From Acidobacteriota bacterium (GTDB taxonomy: Bacteria; Acidobacteriota; Vicinamibacteria; Vicinamibacterales; UBA2999), in NCBI GenBank assembly GCA_947478985.1, contig CANJYC010000001.1, positions 1-27,095 of the forward strand: a DNA stretch of 27,095 nucleotides, in the 5' to 3' direction. The notes beneath the pieces were generated by a model that was not told where the DNA came from, made no database searches, and saw nothing but the letters and a program-made list of their open reading frames with translations. Within the stretch, counting starts at the first letter, position 1. Each line of letters begins with the position of its first letter. Below are positions 8,330-16,920 of the stretch, one piece after another. The translations under genes and the position numbers were made by a program.

Positions 8330-9643
8330 GTGATCACACGGCTCCTCGCGCGCGTCGGACTCTCGCGGCCGGAACTGCGAGCGTGGGCGATGTACGACTG
8401 GGCCAACTCGGCATTCTGGTCGACGGTCGTGACCGCGGTCTTCCCGCCCTTCTTCAGTAGCTTCGCCGCAAACGGGCTCTCGCCGGTCGTGGCAACCGAA
8501 CGATTTGCGTGGGGCACCACCATCGCCGCGGTCATCATCGCCATCCTCGGCCCGGTCTTCGGGGCAGTGGCGGACTACCACGCCGTGAAGAAGCGCCTGC
8601 TGGCGACGTTCATGGCGATCGGCGTCGTCGCCACGGCGCTGATGGTCACCATTACCCAGGGCGCATGGGCATTCGCGCTGTTCCTCTTCATCGTCGCCAA
8701 CATCGGCGTCTCGATGAGCCTGGTCTTCTACGACTCGCTGCTTCCGCATGTCGCCAGACCCGACGAGGTCGATCGCGTGTCGACGGCCGGCTTCGCGATC
8801 GGGTTCTTCGGCGGCGGCATCCTGCTCCTCATCAACCTCGCGTGGATTCTGAGTCCCGCGACGTTCGGGCTACCCGGCACGGTGGCGGCGATCAAGCTCT
8901 CGTTTCTGAGCGTCGCGGTCTGGTGGTTGCTGTTCTCCATCCCGCTGTTGCGGGGTGTCCCGGAGCCGCCAGGGGTGGCAGACGCTCAGTCGGCGCCGCA
9001 CCGTAATCCTGTGGCGCTGGCGTTCAGCCAGGCCTGGGCCACGTTTCAGGAGCTACGGAGCTACCGGCAGGCGTTCCTGATGCTCGTCGCGTTTCTGCTC
9101 TACAACGACGGCATTCAGACGATGATCCGGATGTCGTCGGTCTACGGCGCTGAAATCGGGTTGAATCAGACGGCGCTGATCGGTGCGTTTGTCATCGTGC
9201 AGTTTGTCGGCGTGCCCTGCTCGTTCGCCTTCGGCGCGCTGGCCGACCGGATTGGCGCCAAGCCCGCCCTCTATGGTGCGCTGGCGGTCTACACCGGTAT
9301 CAGCGCGCTTGCCTATTTCATGACGAGCGAGTGGCACTTCTTCGTGCTGGCGATTCTCGTGGGTGTCGTGCAGGGGGGCAGTCAGGCGCTGAGCCGATCG
9401 CTCTTCGCGCGCATGATTCCGAAGCACAAGTCGTCGGAGTACTTCGGATTCTTCTCCGTCTTCGAGAAGTTTGCGGGCATCGCCGGCCCGGCCCTGTTCG
9501 CCGTTTCAGTGACGATCTTCGGGTCGAGCCGGTCTGCCGTGCTGTCGGTCGTCGCCTTCTTCATCGCGGGTGCCCTCGTGCTGACGAGGGTGAACGTCGC
9601 GGAAGGCGAAGCGCAGGCGACTGGAGCCGCCTCAGGGCGCTGA
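8330..9643 (+). CDS. MFS transporter, UMF1/Atg22-like family
   Basis: RAWAMYDWANSAF N-terminal motif, about 12 hydrophobic segments, QALSRSLFARMIP..KSSEYFGFF. GTG start. Confidence 0.88.
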   Translation: MITRLLARVGLSRPELRAWAMYDWANSAFWSTVVTAVFPPFFSSFAANGLSPVVATERFAWGTTIAAVIIAILGPVFGAVADYHAVKKRLLATFMAIGVVATALMVTITQGAWAFALFLFIVANIGVSMSLVFYDSLLPHVARPDEVDRVSTAGFAIGFFGGGILLLINLAWILSPATFGLPGTVAAIKLSFLSVAVWWLLFSIPLLRGVPEPPGVADAQSAPHRNPVALAFSQAWATFQELRSYRQAFLMLVAFLLYNDGIQTMIRMSSVYGAEIGLNQTALIGAFVIVQFVGVPCSFAFGALADRIGAKPALYGALAVYTGISALAYFMTSEWHFFVLAILVGVVQGGSQALSRSLFARMIPKHKSSEYFGFFSVFEKFAGIAGPALFAVSVTIFGSSRSAVLSVVAFFIAGALVLTRVNVAEGEAQATGAASGR

Positions 9644-9647
9644 GCGG

Positions 9648-10055
9648 TTAGCGGGGAGGCATGCCCTCGCGGCCGCCCATCATCATGCCGCCGCGACCGC
9701 CCATCATCATCTGCTGCCCCATGCCCTCCATGTGCGCCTGCATCCCCTTGTGCTGGGTCACGAGCTCGTTGACGACGGCCGCGATGGCGTTGACCTTGGC
9801 GGCGCCGGTCGCGGCGTTCATCTCCTTCGCCAGCGCATCGAGCTTTGCGCCCGAAGCCTTCATCTCCGCCATCATCTGTTCGTGCATCTTCATCATCTCG
9901 GCCATACCGCCTGGAGGCATGTTCGGCATGCCACCCCTGGCCGGTGGAGCCTGCGCCGCACCGGCCGCGTGAAGGCTGCCAGGTACAACGGCGAATCCTG
10001 CGGCTGCGATGGTCAGGCCCACGATCCCGAGCGAAAGACGCTTATTCATCTTCAT
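9648..10055 (-). CDS. Secreted methionine-rich small protein, possible Cu/Ag-binding
   Basis: SD AAGGGAG 7 nt before ATG 10055. Signal peptide (KR + hydrophobic stretch + LHA-A). 22 Met in 135 aa. Confidence 0.75.
   Translation of the reverse strand: MKMNKRLSLGIVGLTIAAAGFAVVPGSLHAAGAAQAPPARGGMPNMPPGGMAEMMKMHEQMMAEMKASGAKLDALAKEMNAATGAAKVNAIAAVVNELVTQHKGMQAHMEGMGQQMMMGGRGGMMMGGREGMPPR
9673..9710 (-). repeat. In-frame 14-nt direct repeat, 24 nt apart, encoding MMMGG twice
   Basis: CCGCCCATCATCAT at 9673-9686 and 9697-9710. Confidence 0.85.
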
Positions 10056-10100
10056 TGAAGTACTCCCTTAATAGCGGCATCCGGACAAGATGTCGCGCGT

Positions 10101-10682
10101 TCAGAACTGTCGGCCGCTTTCCTTGATGGTCTTTTCGTCCACCATACCCCATCCGACAGGCTTGCCATCCTGCACAACCCGGATCCACCACTCGATCTTT
10201 GGCTGCCTGGTGAAGCGAAAGATGCCGTCGTCCTCGGTCGGGCATGGATCAACGTCCATGACCTGCCCGGCCACCTCTATGAAGCAGGTGCCCTCGGCGC
10301 GAAACTGGAGATAGTTGATGCTCGTCCCCACCGCGAAGTCGAGTGTGCTGACAGGGAACTCTCCCTTGTAGTACACGTCGCTCGTGACATGGCGCGTGGC
10401 GCCGAGCATGCGTCCGGTGAGCGTGGTCTTCGCGACCACCTCCACACGACCGGCCTCGAGCGTCCGATAGAGGGACTCGTCGAAGGTGATGGCGCGCCCT
10501 CTCCGCACCGGGAGCCGGCGGGCGATGGGGGCGACAGACGATGGCGTCTCGCGGACGACCAGTTCGTTCGTCATCGCCTGAAATTGCGGACGGCCTTCTC
10601 CCGGCCACAACTCGATTTCAAACAGTGCGCCCGGCGCCTGCGCCAGCAGCGTAAGAACCGCAAGGACACTTAGAAGTTGCAT
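10101..10682 (-). CDS. Secreted hypothetical protein (193 aa), beta-rich, possibly SH3-like
   Basis: GGAG 8 nt before ATG 10682. Signal MQLLSVLAVLTLLAQA. C-terminal EWWIRV..DGKPVGW pattern. Confidence 0.7.
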   Translation of the reverse strand: MQLLSVLAVLTLLAQAPGALFEIELWPGEGRPQFQAMTNELVVRETPSSVAPIARRLPVRRGRAITFDESLYRTLEAGRVEVVAKTTLTGRMLGATRHVTSDVYYKGEFPVSTLDFAVGTSINYLQFRAEGTCFIEVAGQVMDVDPCPTEDDGIFRFTRQPKIEWWIRVVQDGKPVGWGMVDEKTIKESGRQF

Positions 10683-10781
10683 GGCCATCACTCCAGCGTC
10701 TACAGGTGGCACCCCAAGAACGGGCAAAGCGTATCATCCCCACCCGTCAGTCGCATGCGGATACGGGGTATGTTGAGGGTC

Positions 10782-11231
10782 GTGTCAGGTTCCGTGCACA
10801 AACCGCAGCGGGTGGCGCTTGTCCGCCGGCTGGCGAGAAACGCCTCCATTGTCGGCAGCCTGGTCATGGTGGCGCTCGCCATTGGCGCTGCCGGCTACCA
10901 CTATCTCGACGACCTCCCCTGGCTCGACGCCGCACTCAATGCCGCCATGATCCTGACCGGCATGGGACCGGTCAGTCCCGTCGTGCGGCCGGCAGCGAAG
11001 GTCTTCGCCATCGTCTACGCGCTGATGAGCGGCGTGTTCTTCCTGACCATGGTGGCCGTCCTGCTCGCACCGGCGCTGCATCACTTTCTGCACCGGTTTC
11101 ACCTCGACCTCGATGCGACGCGGCGCGCGGCGCAGCCCGAGCGCCACCGGATGGATTCCCCGACACGCACCCTGGACGGCGAGGACACCAGCGCATCGCA
11201 CGTTACCCGCCCGACACCTCCACGCGTTTGA
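10782..11231 (+). CDS. Small 2-TM membrane protein with a K-channel-like pore loop (TGMG in place of TVGYG)
   Basis: TM1 (SIVGSLVMVALAIGAAGYHYL), W-LDAALNAAMIL-TGMG-PV, TM2 (KVFAIVYALMSGVFFLTMVAVLLAP). Start uncertain (10770/10782/10794); GTG 10782 chosen because TATGTT lies 7 nt upstream. Confidence 0.7.
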   Translation: MSGSVHKPQRVALVRRLARNASIVGSLVMVALAIGAAGYHYLDDLPWLDAALNAAMILTGMGPVSPVVRPAAKVFAIVYALMSGVFFLTMVAVLLAPALHHFLHRFHLDLDATRRAAQPERHRMDSPTRTLDGEDTSASHVTRPTPPRV

Positions 11232-12507
11232 CCGTGACCCGGCCATCCTTGGTGAGCACAGCCGTCCCGGCGGCCACGGCGCGACGTGCCACCTCGTCCC
11301 ACTCGTGCGCGAACGGCGCGCGAAGCGACTCCGGCACGCGAAGAATCGCCGTGTCACTGGCCTGCCGGTACTCCTTGCGGCGACGACTTCGCTCGGTGTC
11401 ACTCATGCGTGTCCACTCGCCGTCGGCCGGATCCGCGACCTGCGCCAGGGCCATGAAGAGGTCGTCGCGCACGGTGCAGAAGACCACCCGGAAGCCGTTG
11501 GCCTCGAGTGCGCGAATCGCTGACGCCTGATCGAACGTCTGCAGGTGAAAGGCATTCAATGTGTTGAACATCGACTTGCCACGCTCAAGAAATTCCGTTT
11601 CGACCGGCTCCCCGTACAGGTAGAGGTGCCCCCCTGGCGCCAGACGCTCGCGCACCGCTGCGAGGAATTCGCGCGGCCGCACGGCGTGCGTCAGCATGTG
11701 GTTGCTGACGATGAGGTCGAATGTCCCCTCGAAAGGCACCTGAAACGCGTCGAAGTCGATGCGCGACGACACGGGCATCCCGTACAGCTCCTGAACCAGG
11801 AACTGCTGATTCTGGAACAGGGTCATCACGTGGCAGCGGGCATCATACAGACGGGCAAGGATGGCCGAGAGTGATCCGAGGCGGGACCGTATCTCCAGCA
11901 CGCGCGGCGTCTTGAGCGGCAGGAGCGAGCCGAGGATCTCGGCATGCACGCTGGCGGCAAGCCGATCGTTCATCAGCGATGGCAGGTAGTCGCGGCGCGC
12001 CAGCCCGAGATGGCCTGAGACGAACACGCCGTGGGCAGCCATCCGGCGCAGATCCTTCCGCCCCTCGTCAGTCAGGTCGTGCGAGCTGATGGTGATCTTC
12101 CCGGAGCGCTCCTGGCCGAGCGCCACGCGGCCGATCGTCTCCTCAAAGTGCTCAAGCAGCCAGGCATACCGCGCACCGGCGGGCCGCCGCGCCGCGAACA
12201 CCACGCCGCAGCTGTGGCACAGGGAGTAGTTGTAGAGAGACACGTCCGCGTCGGGAACGCGGTCGAAGAGCACGAACCGGTTGTAGCGGCAGACCTTGGT
12301 GAACTCTGCGGCACCACAGACAGGGCACTGGTCGAGGGAGAGCACGACGTCCCGTGGGCAGGCACTTCCCTCGATGGCGTCGTAGGTCTGTGCGCTCTCA
12401 GTATCAGCCGACTTGCGCGGTGGAAGAGCCGTCGGCGTCGGCGCGGCGTTCCCGGCGTTGCCCAACAGGCCGCTCAGTCGTCGAGTCAGGCGTGACAGCA
12501 TGGCCAT
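11203..12507 (-). CDS. Class I SAM-dependent methyltransferase-fold protein with N-terminal CxxC...CxxC and degenerate motifs
   Basis: CPVCG...CHSCG, RVLEIRSRLG, FDLIVSNHMLTH, LAPGGHLYL. The 3' end overlaps the convergent gene by 29 bp. Start 12507 or 12501. Confidence 0.75.
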   Translation of the reverse strand: MAMLSRLTRRLSGLLGNAGNAAPTPTALPPRKSADTESAQTYDAIEGSACPRDVVLSLDQCPVCGAAEFTKVCRYNRFVLFDRVPDADVSLYNYSLCHSCGVVFAARRPAGARYAWLLEHFEETIGRVALGQERSGKITISSHDLTDEGRKDLRRMAAHGVFVSGHLGLARRDYLPSLMNDRLAASVHAEILGSLLPLKTPRVLEIRSRLGSLSAILARLYDARCHVMTLFQNQQFLVQELYGMPVSSRIDFDAFQVPFEGTFDLIVSNHMLTHAVRPREFLAAVRERLAPGGHLYLYGEPVETEFLERGKSMFNTLNAFHLQTFDQASAIRALEANGFRVVFCTVRDDLFMALAQVADPADGEWTRMSDTERSRRRKEYRQASDTAILRVPESLRAPFAHEWDEVARRAVAAGTAVLTKDGRVTVKRVEVSGG

Positions 12508-12562
12508 CAAAGCCGGAATGTTACTTCACGGCCAACGCGTGCCGTCGGCCGGTGGCGCGCGC

Positions 12563-13096
12563 TCACCTACCGGCGCCTTCCTCCAACGCGGCCAGCAGGG
12601 GCACTTCGCCCGCACGCAACGTCCGGCACGCTCTGGGTGCAGGCGTCGCTCCGTATTGCGCGATGGCGTTGGCGATGTCTGTGTAGCCGAGTTGTGTCGC
12701 CAGGCAGATGGCGGTCCGGCTCGATTCAGCGTCGAGCCTCGCGCCGAATCCCAGCAGCATCCAGACCGCGTGCTCCGCGCGCACGTCAACCGCCCACAGG
12801 AGCGGGGACACCAGCACGGTGCGCCCGGCCGTCTTGTCCGCGTGACGGACGGCGATCACCCCGTTCGGATCCTGCCCCGCACGGATGAAGGCGTAGGCCC
12901 GCTGCACGTCGTCGTGCTCGATCGCATCGGCCAGCGAGTAGGCAAACGGCGTCGCGAACAGGGCATCGTCGGGCCGCCGCGCCCGCAGCCCCTCAACCCC
13001 GCACACGGCGAGGGCGGCCAGAAGTGTCGGTCCCCAGAGACACCACGCCGCCAGGCGTGAAGACCGCATCGTGTGTCGTTCGGGTTGCGTCGTCAT
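12563..13096 (-). CDS. Membrane-anchored ankyrin-repeat-like protein (177 aa)
   Basis: Start ATG 13096 overlaps the upstream TGA (ATGA). N-terminal hydrophobic segment. Ankyrin-like SLADAIEHDD...AGQDPN, SPLLWAV...MLLGFGARLD, TAICLATQLGYTDIA. Confidence 0.7.
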   Translation of the reverse strand: MTTQPERHTMRSSRLAAWCLWGPTLLAALAVCGVEGLRARRPDDALFATPFAYSLADAIEHDDVQRAYAFIRAGQDPNGVIAVRHADKTAGRTVLVSPLLWAVDVRAEHAVWMLLGFGARLDAESSRTAICLATQLGYTDIANAIAQYGATPAPRACRTLRAGEVPLLAALEEGAGR

Positions 13097-14628
13097 GGTC
13101 GCGGGAGAAATGTCCTGGCGAGCCACCTCGGGTACAGCGTCGGCTCCGAAGACCCGGGCCGGGTCCCCTGTTCCACCATCGACTCCATGATGTCGCGATA
13201 TTCGTGTCGGTCCACAAACTCGGCCCGCCGCTTCGGCAGGTCCGCGAGCCACTCGATCTGATTTCTCCAGGCGGTCCGCCTGACGTATTCCACGGTGCCG
13301 ACGGCCCGCACCTGCCATGTGACCGCCAGCAGCATCAACGCGACGCCGACGAGCACGGCCCGCGCGCGCGCGACCGCGCCCATCGCGTGACACAGGGCGC
13401 ACGTCGCGTAGTAGGCCGAGACGGCGTAGAAAACGAGCGCCATCCCGCCGAGACGATCACGCGAATAGTCGAAGCTGAGGACACCACAGGCCGCAAGAGA
13501 GACCACCAGCGCGGCGAACGTTCGTGACTCCACCGTCCAGCCCGACCGCGCTTCGTCCCGCACACGCTGAATCCCCCACCAGGCGATGCACGCCGTCATC
13601 AGGCCCGACGACACCAGCTGCACCACCTCCCAGGGCTGAACGCGAAGATAGGCGATATCGCGCGAGATGAAGAACAACCCTCGCGTGGGCTCAGAGAAGA
13701 GCACGTTGGCCATCGTGCTCAGGCCGTTATAGGCATACAGCCAGTACGGAAATCCTCCGTATCGCGCGGCGGCCTCCGAAGGCTCGAGCGTGCTGAAGCC
13801 CAGTCCCATGGACTGTTCAAAGAGCGGCAACGGCCCATGCCACACCAGACGGGCCGTGACATACGCAACTGTCAACGCCACCAGCGTCACGACGAGCCCC
13901 GTTCGCGCGCTCGGCGCGCGCATCAGCCAGGCCACGCCGACCACCGGCACGATGACGAGCCCCTGCTCCTTGAATCCAATGGCGACGATCGCGAACAGGA
14001 CGATCGCCACGGGGTGCCAGAAGCGCCACTCTCGGTTGACGAGCACCCATGCAGCGAGCGCCAGGGGCATGCCGACCGCTGTGTACGCCAACGGCAGCTC
14101 GATGTTGTCGCGAAACCCGGGGCTTCCCACAAGGACGGCCATGGCCACGGCCGCCGCTGCCGCCTGGGTCCCAGTGCGGGGACGCATCTGCCAGAGGAAC
14201 AGGAGCACCAGGAACGCCACGGGGACAAAGTGCAGGAGCTTGATATCCGCCAGTCGCGTGTCGAGCGGGCTCGACGAGCGCCAGATGGCCATCAGGCTCA
14301 GATGGTAGAAGGGCCGGTAGTACGACGCATCCGGGATGACAAAGCTCTCGACCGACTTCTTCGACACGTCCTCCAGCAGCGCCACCGCCTCGCTGATGGG
14401 AAACGGCGTGTGCCAGAGCGCCAGAAAGAGTGTGACGAGCAGCGGCGCCGAGACCAGCAGCACGACCGCCATCCAGCCGAGCGATGCACGGCCGCTCGCG
14501 GGGTCCGCCGACGTGTCAGACGCGCCCGGGGTTCGGACGCTCATGTGGTTGACCAGCGGATTGTGAGGTTGCAGTGACTCGGCCACGGGGTCCTGATCAG
14601 GATCGTGCATGCTTCCACGAATCGACAC
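13093..14628 (-). CDS. Polytopic membrane protein, GT-C fold glycosyltransferase-like (YRP...KEQG motifs)
   Basis: Roughly ten hydrophobic segments, SYYRPF in the first loop and GFKEQGLV. Start uncertain (GTG 14628, ATG 14610 or ATG 14544). Confidence 0.65.
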   Translation of the reverse strand: MSIRGSMHDPDQDPVAESLQPHNPLVNHMSVRTPGASDTSADPASGRASLGWMAVVLLVSAPLLVTLFLALWHTPFPISEAVALLEDVSKKSVESFVIPDASYYRPFYHLSLMAIWRSSSPLDTRLADIKLLHFVPVAFLVLLFLWQMRPRTGTQAAAAAVAMAVLVGSPGFRDNIELPLAYTAVGMPLALAAWVLVNREWRFWHPVAIVLFAIVAIGFKEQGLVIVPVVGVAWLMRAPSARTGLVVTLVALTVAYVTARLVWHGPLPLFEQSMGLGFSTLEPSEAAARYGGFPYWLYAYNGLSTMANVLFSEPTRGLFFISRDIAYLRVQPWEVVQLVSSGLMTACIAWWGIQRVRDEARSGWTVESRTFAALVVSLAACGVLSFDYSRDRLGGMALVFYAVSAYYATCALCHAMGAVARARAVLVGVALMLLAVTWQVRAVGTVEYVRRTAWRNQIEWLADLPKRRAEFVDRHEYRDIMESMVEQGTRPGSSEPTLYPRWLARTFLPRP

Positions 14629-14654
14629 GGGTCCGCCAGTCGAAAACCAATACG

Positions 14655-14672
14655 CTCAGGACAGTCCATGAG
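14655..14672 (-). terminator. Weak hairpin after the ABC operon
   Basis: On the minus strand, CTCA(T)GGA-CTG-TCCTGAG shortly after the permease stop, followed by CGTATTGGTTTT. The U-tract is not adjacent. Confidence 0.25.
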
Positions 14673-14680
14673 GAATCCGA

Positions 14681-15802
14681 TCACCCGAGCCGCTTGCTCG
14701 AGCGGAGCGTCGCCAGCGTGAGGATGCCGAGGCCCCAGGCGGTCAGCGCCAGCGCCTCGCGCCAGAATGTCTCGAGCCCGACGCCCTTCATGAAGATGCC
14801 GCGGACGATCACGAGGAAATAGCGCAGCGGAATGAGCAGCGTCACCGGCTGGATGACCGCGGGCATGTTTTCGATCGGAAAGATGAAGCCCGAGAGAAAC
14901 ACCATCGGCAGCAGGAAGAAGAACGTGGTCGTCATCATCGCCTGCTGCTGCGTGCTCGAGATGGTCGAAACGAAGAGCCCGAGTCCGAGGGTCGTCATCA
15001 GGTAGATCGCCGACATCCCCAGGAGCAGCGGCACGCTGCCGTGGAGCGGCACCTCGAACCAGAAGAGCGCCACGGCGACGACGAGCAACACGTCCAGCAT
15101 CCCGATTACGGCGTACGGGAGCATCTTGCCGACGATGAGCTCCCATCGCGCCAGCGGCGTGACGTTGAGCTGCTCGAGCGTCCCCAGTTCCTTCTCGCGG
15201 ACAATCGCCATCGACGACAGGTTCGTGGTGATGACGAGCAGGAGCAGCGCGATGATCCCGGGAATCATGAAGTCCCGGCTGCGCAGCTCCGGGTTGTACC
15301 AGACGCGCACGTCGGCGCTGACCAGCGGCGCCGCCCGGCCCCGACCGGCCGCCGCCCCGAGCTCACGGCTGTAGGCGGCAATGAGCGACCCGGCGTAGCC
15401 AAGCGCCACGTTGGTGGAGTTCGCGTCGCTGCCGTCGGCCACGACCTGCATGGCCACGGACCGTCCGGCGGCGATCCGCTCGCCGTAGTCGGCCGGCACT
15501 GAGAGCGCCATCCACGCGCGCCCGTCATCGAGATACGCCTGGATGCCGGAGATCGAGGAGACGGTGTCGACGACCGCAAAGTTCTGCGAGGCCTCGAAAC
15601 GGGAGACGAGCGCGCGGCTCGCTGCCGATCGGTCCTCGTCCACGACCACGATGGGCACGTTTCGAACGTCGGTCGTGGCCGCGTACCCGAGCAGCGTCAG
15701 CTGGATGATCGGCGCCACGATGACCAGGCCGAACAGGCGCGGGTCGGTACGGAGCTCGACGATCTCCTTCCGCACGATATGCATCACACGGCTCAGGCCC
15801 AT
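14681..15802 (-). CDS. ABC-2 type exporter permease (YbhR-like)
   Basis: VRKEIVELRTD, DGSDAN, WYNPEL, IVREKELGTLEQL.VTP, LSGFIFPIENMP, PLRYF. Start moved to ATG 15802, overlapping the upstream permease stop. Confidence 0.92.
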   Translation of the reverse strand: MGLSRVMHIVRKEIVELRTDPRLFGLVIVAPIIQLTLLGYAATTDVRNVPIVVVDEDRSAASRALVSRFEASQNFAVVDTVSSISGIQAYLDDGRAWMALSVPADYGERIAAGRSVAMQVVADGSDANSTNVALGYAGSLIAAYSRELGAAAGRGRAAPLVSADVRVWYNPELRSRDFMIPGIIALLLLVITTNLSSMAIVREKELGTLEQLNVTPLARWELIVGKMLPYAVIGMLDVLLVVAVALFWFEVPLHGSVPLLLGMSAIYLMTTLGLGLFVSTISSTQQQAMMTTTFFFLLPMVFLSGFIFPIENMPAVIQPVTLLIPLRYFLVIVRGIFMKGVGLETFWREALALTAWGLGILTLATLRSSKRLG

Positions 15803-16920
15803 TGGCGCCTCAGTCGCAGTGATGCCAGCGCCAGCACGACGGCGGCATAGACGCCAAGCGCCACCAGATCCTGCCAGAACGCGGCCATCCCCACCCCCTT
15901 CAGCACGATCCCGCGCAGCGCGGTCAGGAAGTAGCGCGCCGGAACGATCCGGGTCACTGCCTGAAGAAACGGCGGCATGCTCGAGATCGGGAAGATGAAA
16001 CCCGAGAGCATCAGGGTCGGCAGGTAGGAGGTGAGCAGCGCGAGCTGAAAGGCCACCTGCTGCGTATCGGCAATCGTCGAGATCAGCAGGCCCGACGCGA
16101 GCGCGCCGACGAGGAACAGCGACACGGCGAACAGCAGGACGAGCCACGATCCGCGCATCGGCATGTCGAACATGAGCATCGCCAGACCGACGATGGTCGT
16201 GGACGAGAACAGCGAGATGACGAAGTAGGGCACCGTCTTCCCCAGGACAAACGACAGCGTCCCGATGGGCGACATGCGCACCTGCTCCATCGTGCCGGCC
16301 TCCTTCTCGCGCACGATCGAGAGCGCCGTCGAGACAACGGCGGTCAGCATGGCGATGTAGGCGATGAGACCGGGTACGAGGAAGAGGGCGCTGCGGAGTT
16401 CAGGGTTGTACCAGATGCGCGGCTCCACGGTGAGCAGCGGACCGGACGGCGATCCAAGCCGTGCCTGCAGCTCGGCGCGCGCCGAGATGGCGCTGATGAG
16501 GCTCAGGCCGTACCCCAGCACGGTGGTCGCCGTGTTGGCGTTGTCGCCGTTGATGATCATCTGAAGGCTCGTCGCACGCCCCTCTGCCGTGTCGCGCCCG
16601 AAACGCGGCGGGACGACGAGCGCCGCACGGGCCTCACCCCGGTCGAGCATGGCCACGAGGTCCCCGGTGCCCGCCACCTCACCGACGAGCTCGAAGTAGC
16701 CGGAATTGACGAAGGCCGAGACGACCTCGCGGCTGGCCGTGCTCCGATCGTTGTCCTCAACGACAAGCCGCACATCCCGAATATCGAAGTTCAGGGCGTA
16801 GCCGTACAGCCACAGGATGAACGCCGGGACAAAGAGCAGGATCAGCAGCGTCCGTCGATCGCGCCCGATCTGGCGGAACTCCTTGATGGTCACCGCGCGC
16901 AGCCGGCCGCCCATGCTCAC
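15793..16920 (-). CDS. ABC-2 type exporter permease (YbhS-like)
   Basis: KEFRQIGRDRRTL, LYGYALNFDI, NGDNAN, WYNPELRS, VREKEAGTMEQ, LSGFIFPI.SMP, PARYF. GTGA coupling. Confidence 0.92.
   Translation of the reverse strand: MSMGGRLRAVTIKEFRQIGRDRRTLLILLFVPAFILWLYGYALNFDIRDVRLVVEDNDRSTASREVVSAFVNSGYFELVGEVAGTGDLVAMLDRGEARAALVVPPRFGRDTAEGRATSLQMIINGDNANTATTVLGYGLSLISAISARAELQARLGSPSGPLLTVEPRIWYNPELRSALFLVPGLIAYIAMLTAVVSTALSIVREKEAGTMEQVRMSPIGTLSFVLGKTVPYFVISLFSSTTIVGLAMLMFDMPMRGSWLVLLFAVSLFLVGALASGLLISTIADTQQVAFQLALLTSYLPTLMLSGFIFPISSMPPFLQAVTRIVPARYFLTALRGIVLKGVGMAAFWQDLVALGVYAAVVLALASLRLRRQWA

Noticed and set aside
2342-8749. Long antisense or alternate-frame ORFs over the his operon and MFS gene (e.g. 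2342-3550, 6101-7516, 7516-8544)
   Set aside because: Arg/Ala/Gly-rich shadow frames typical of high-GC DNA, with no motifs, fully overlapping well-supported genes.
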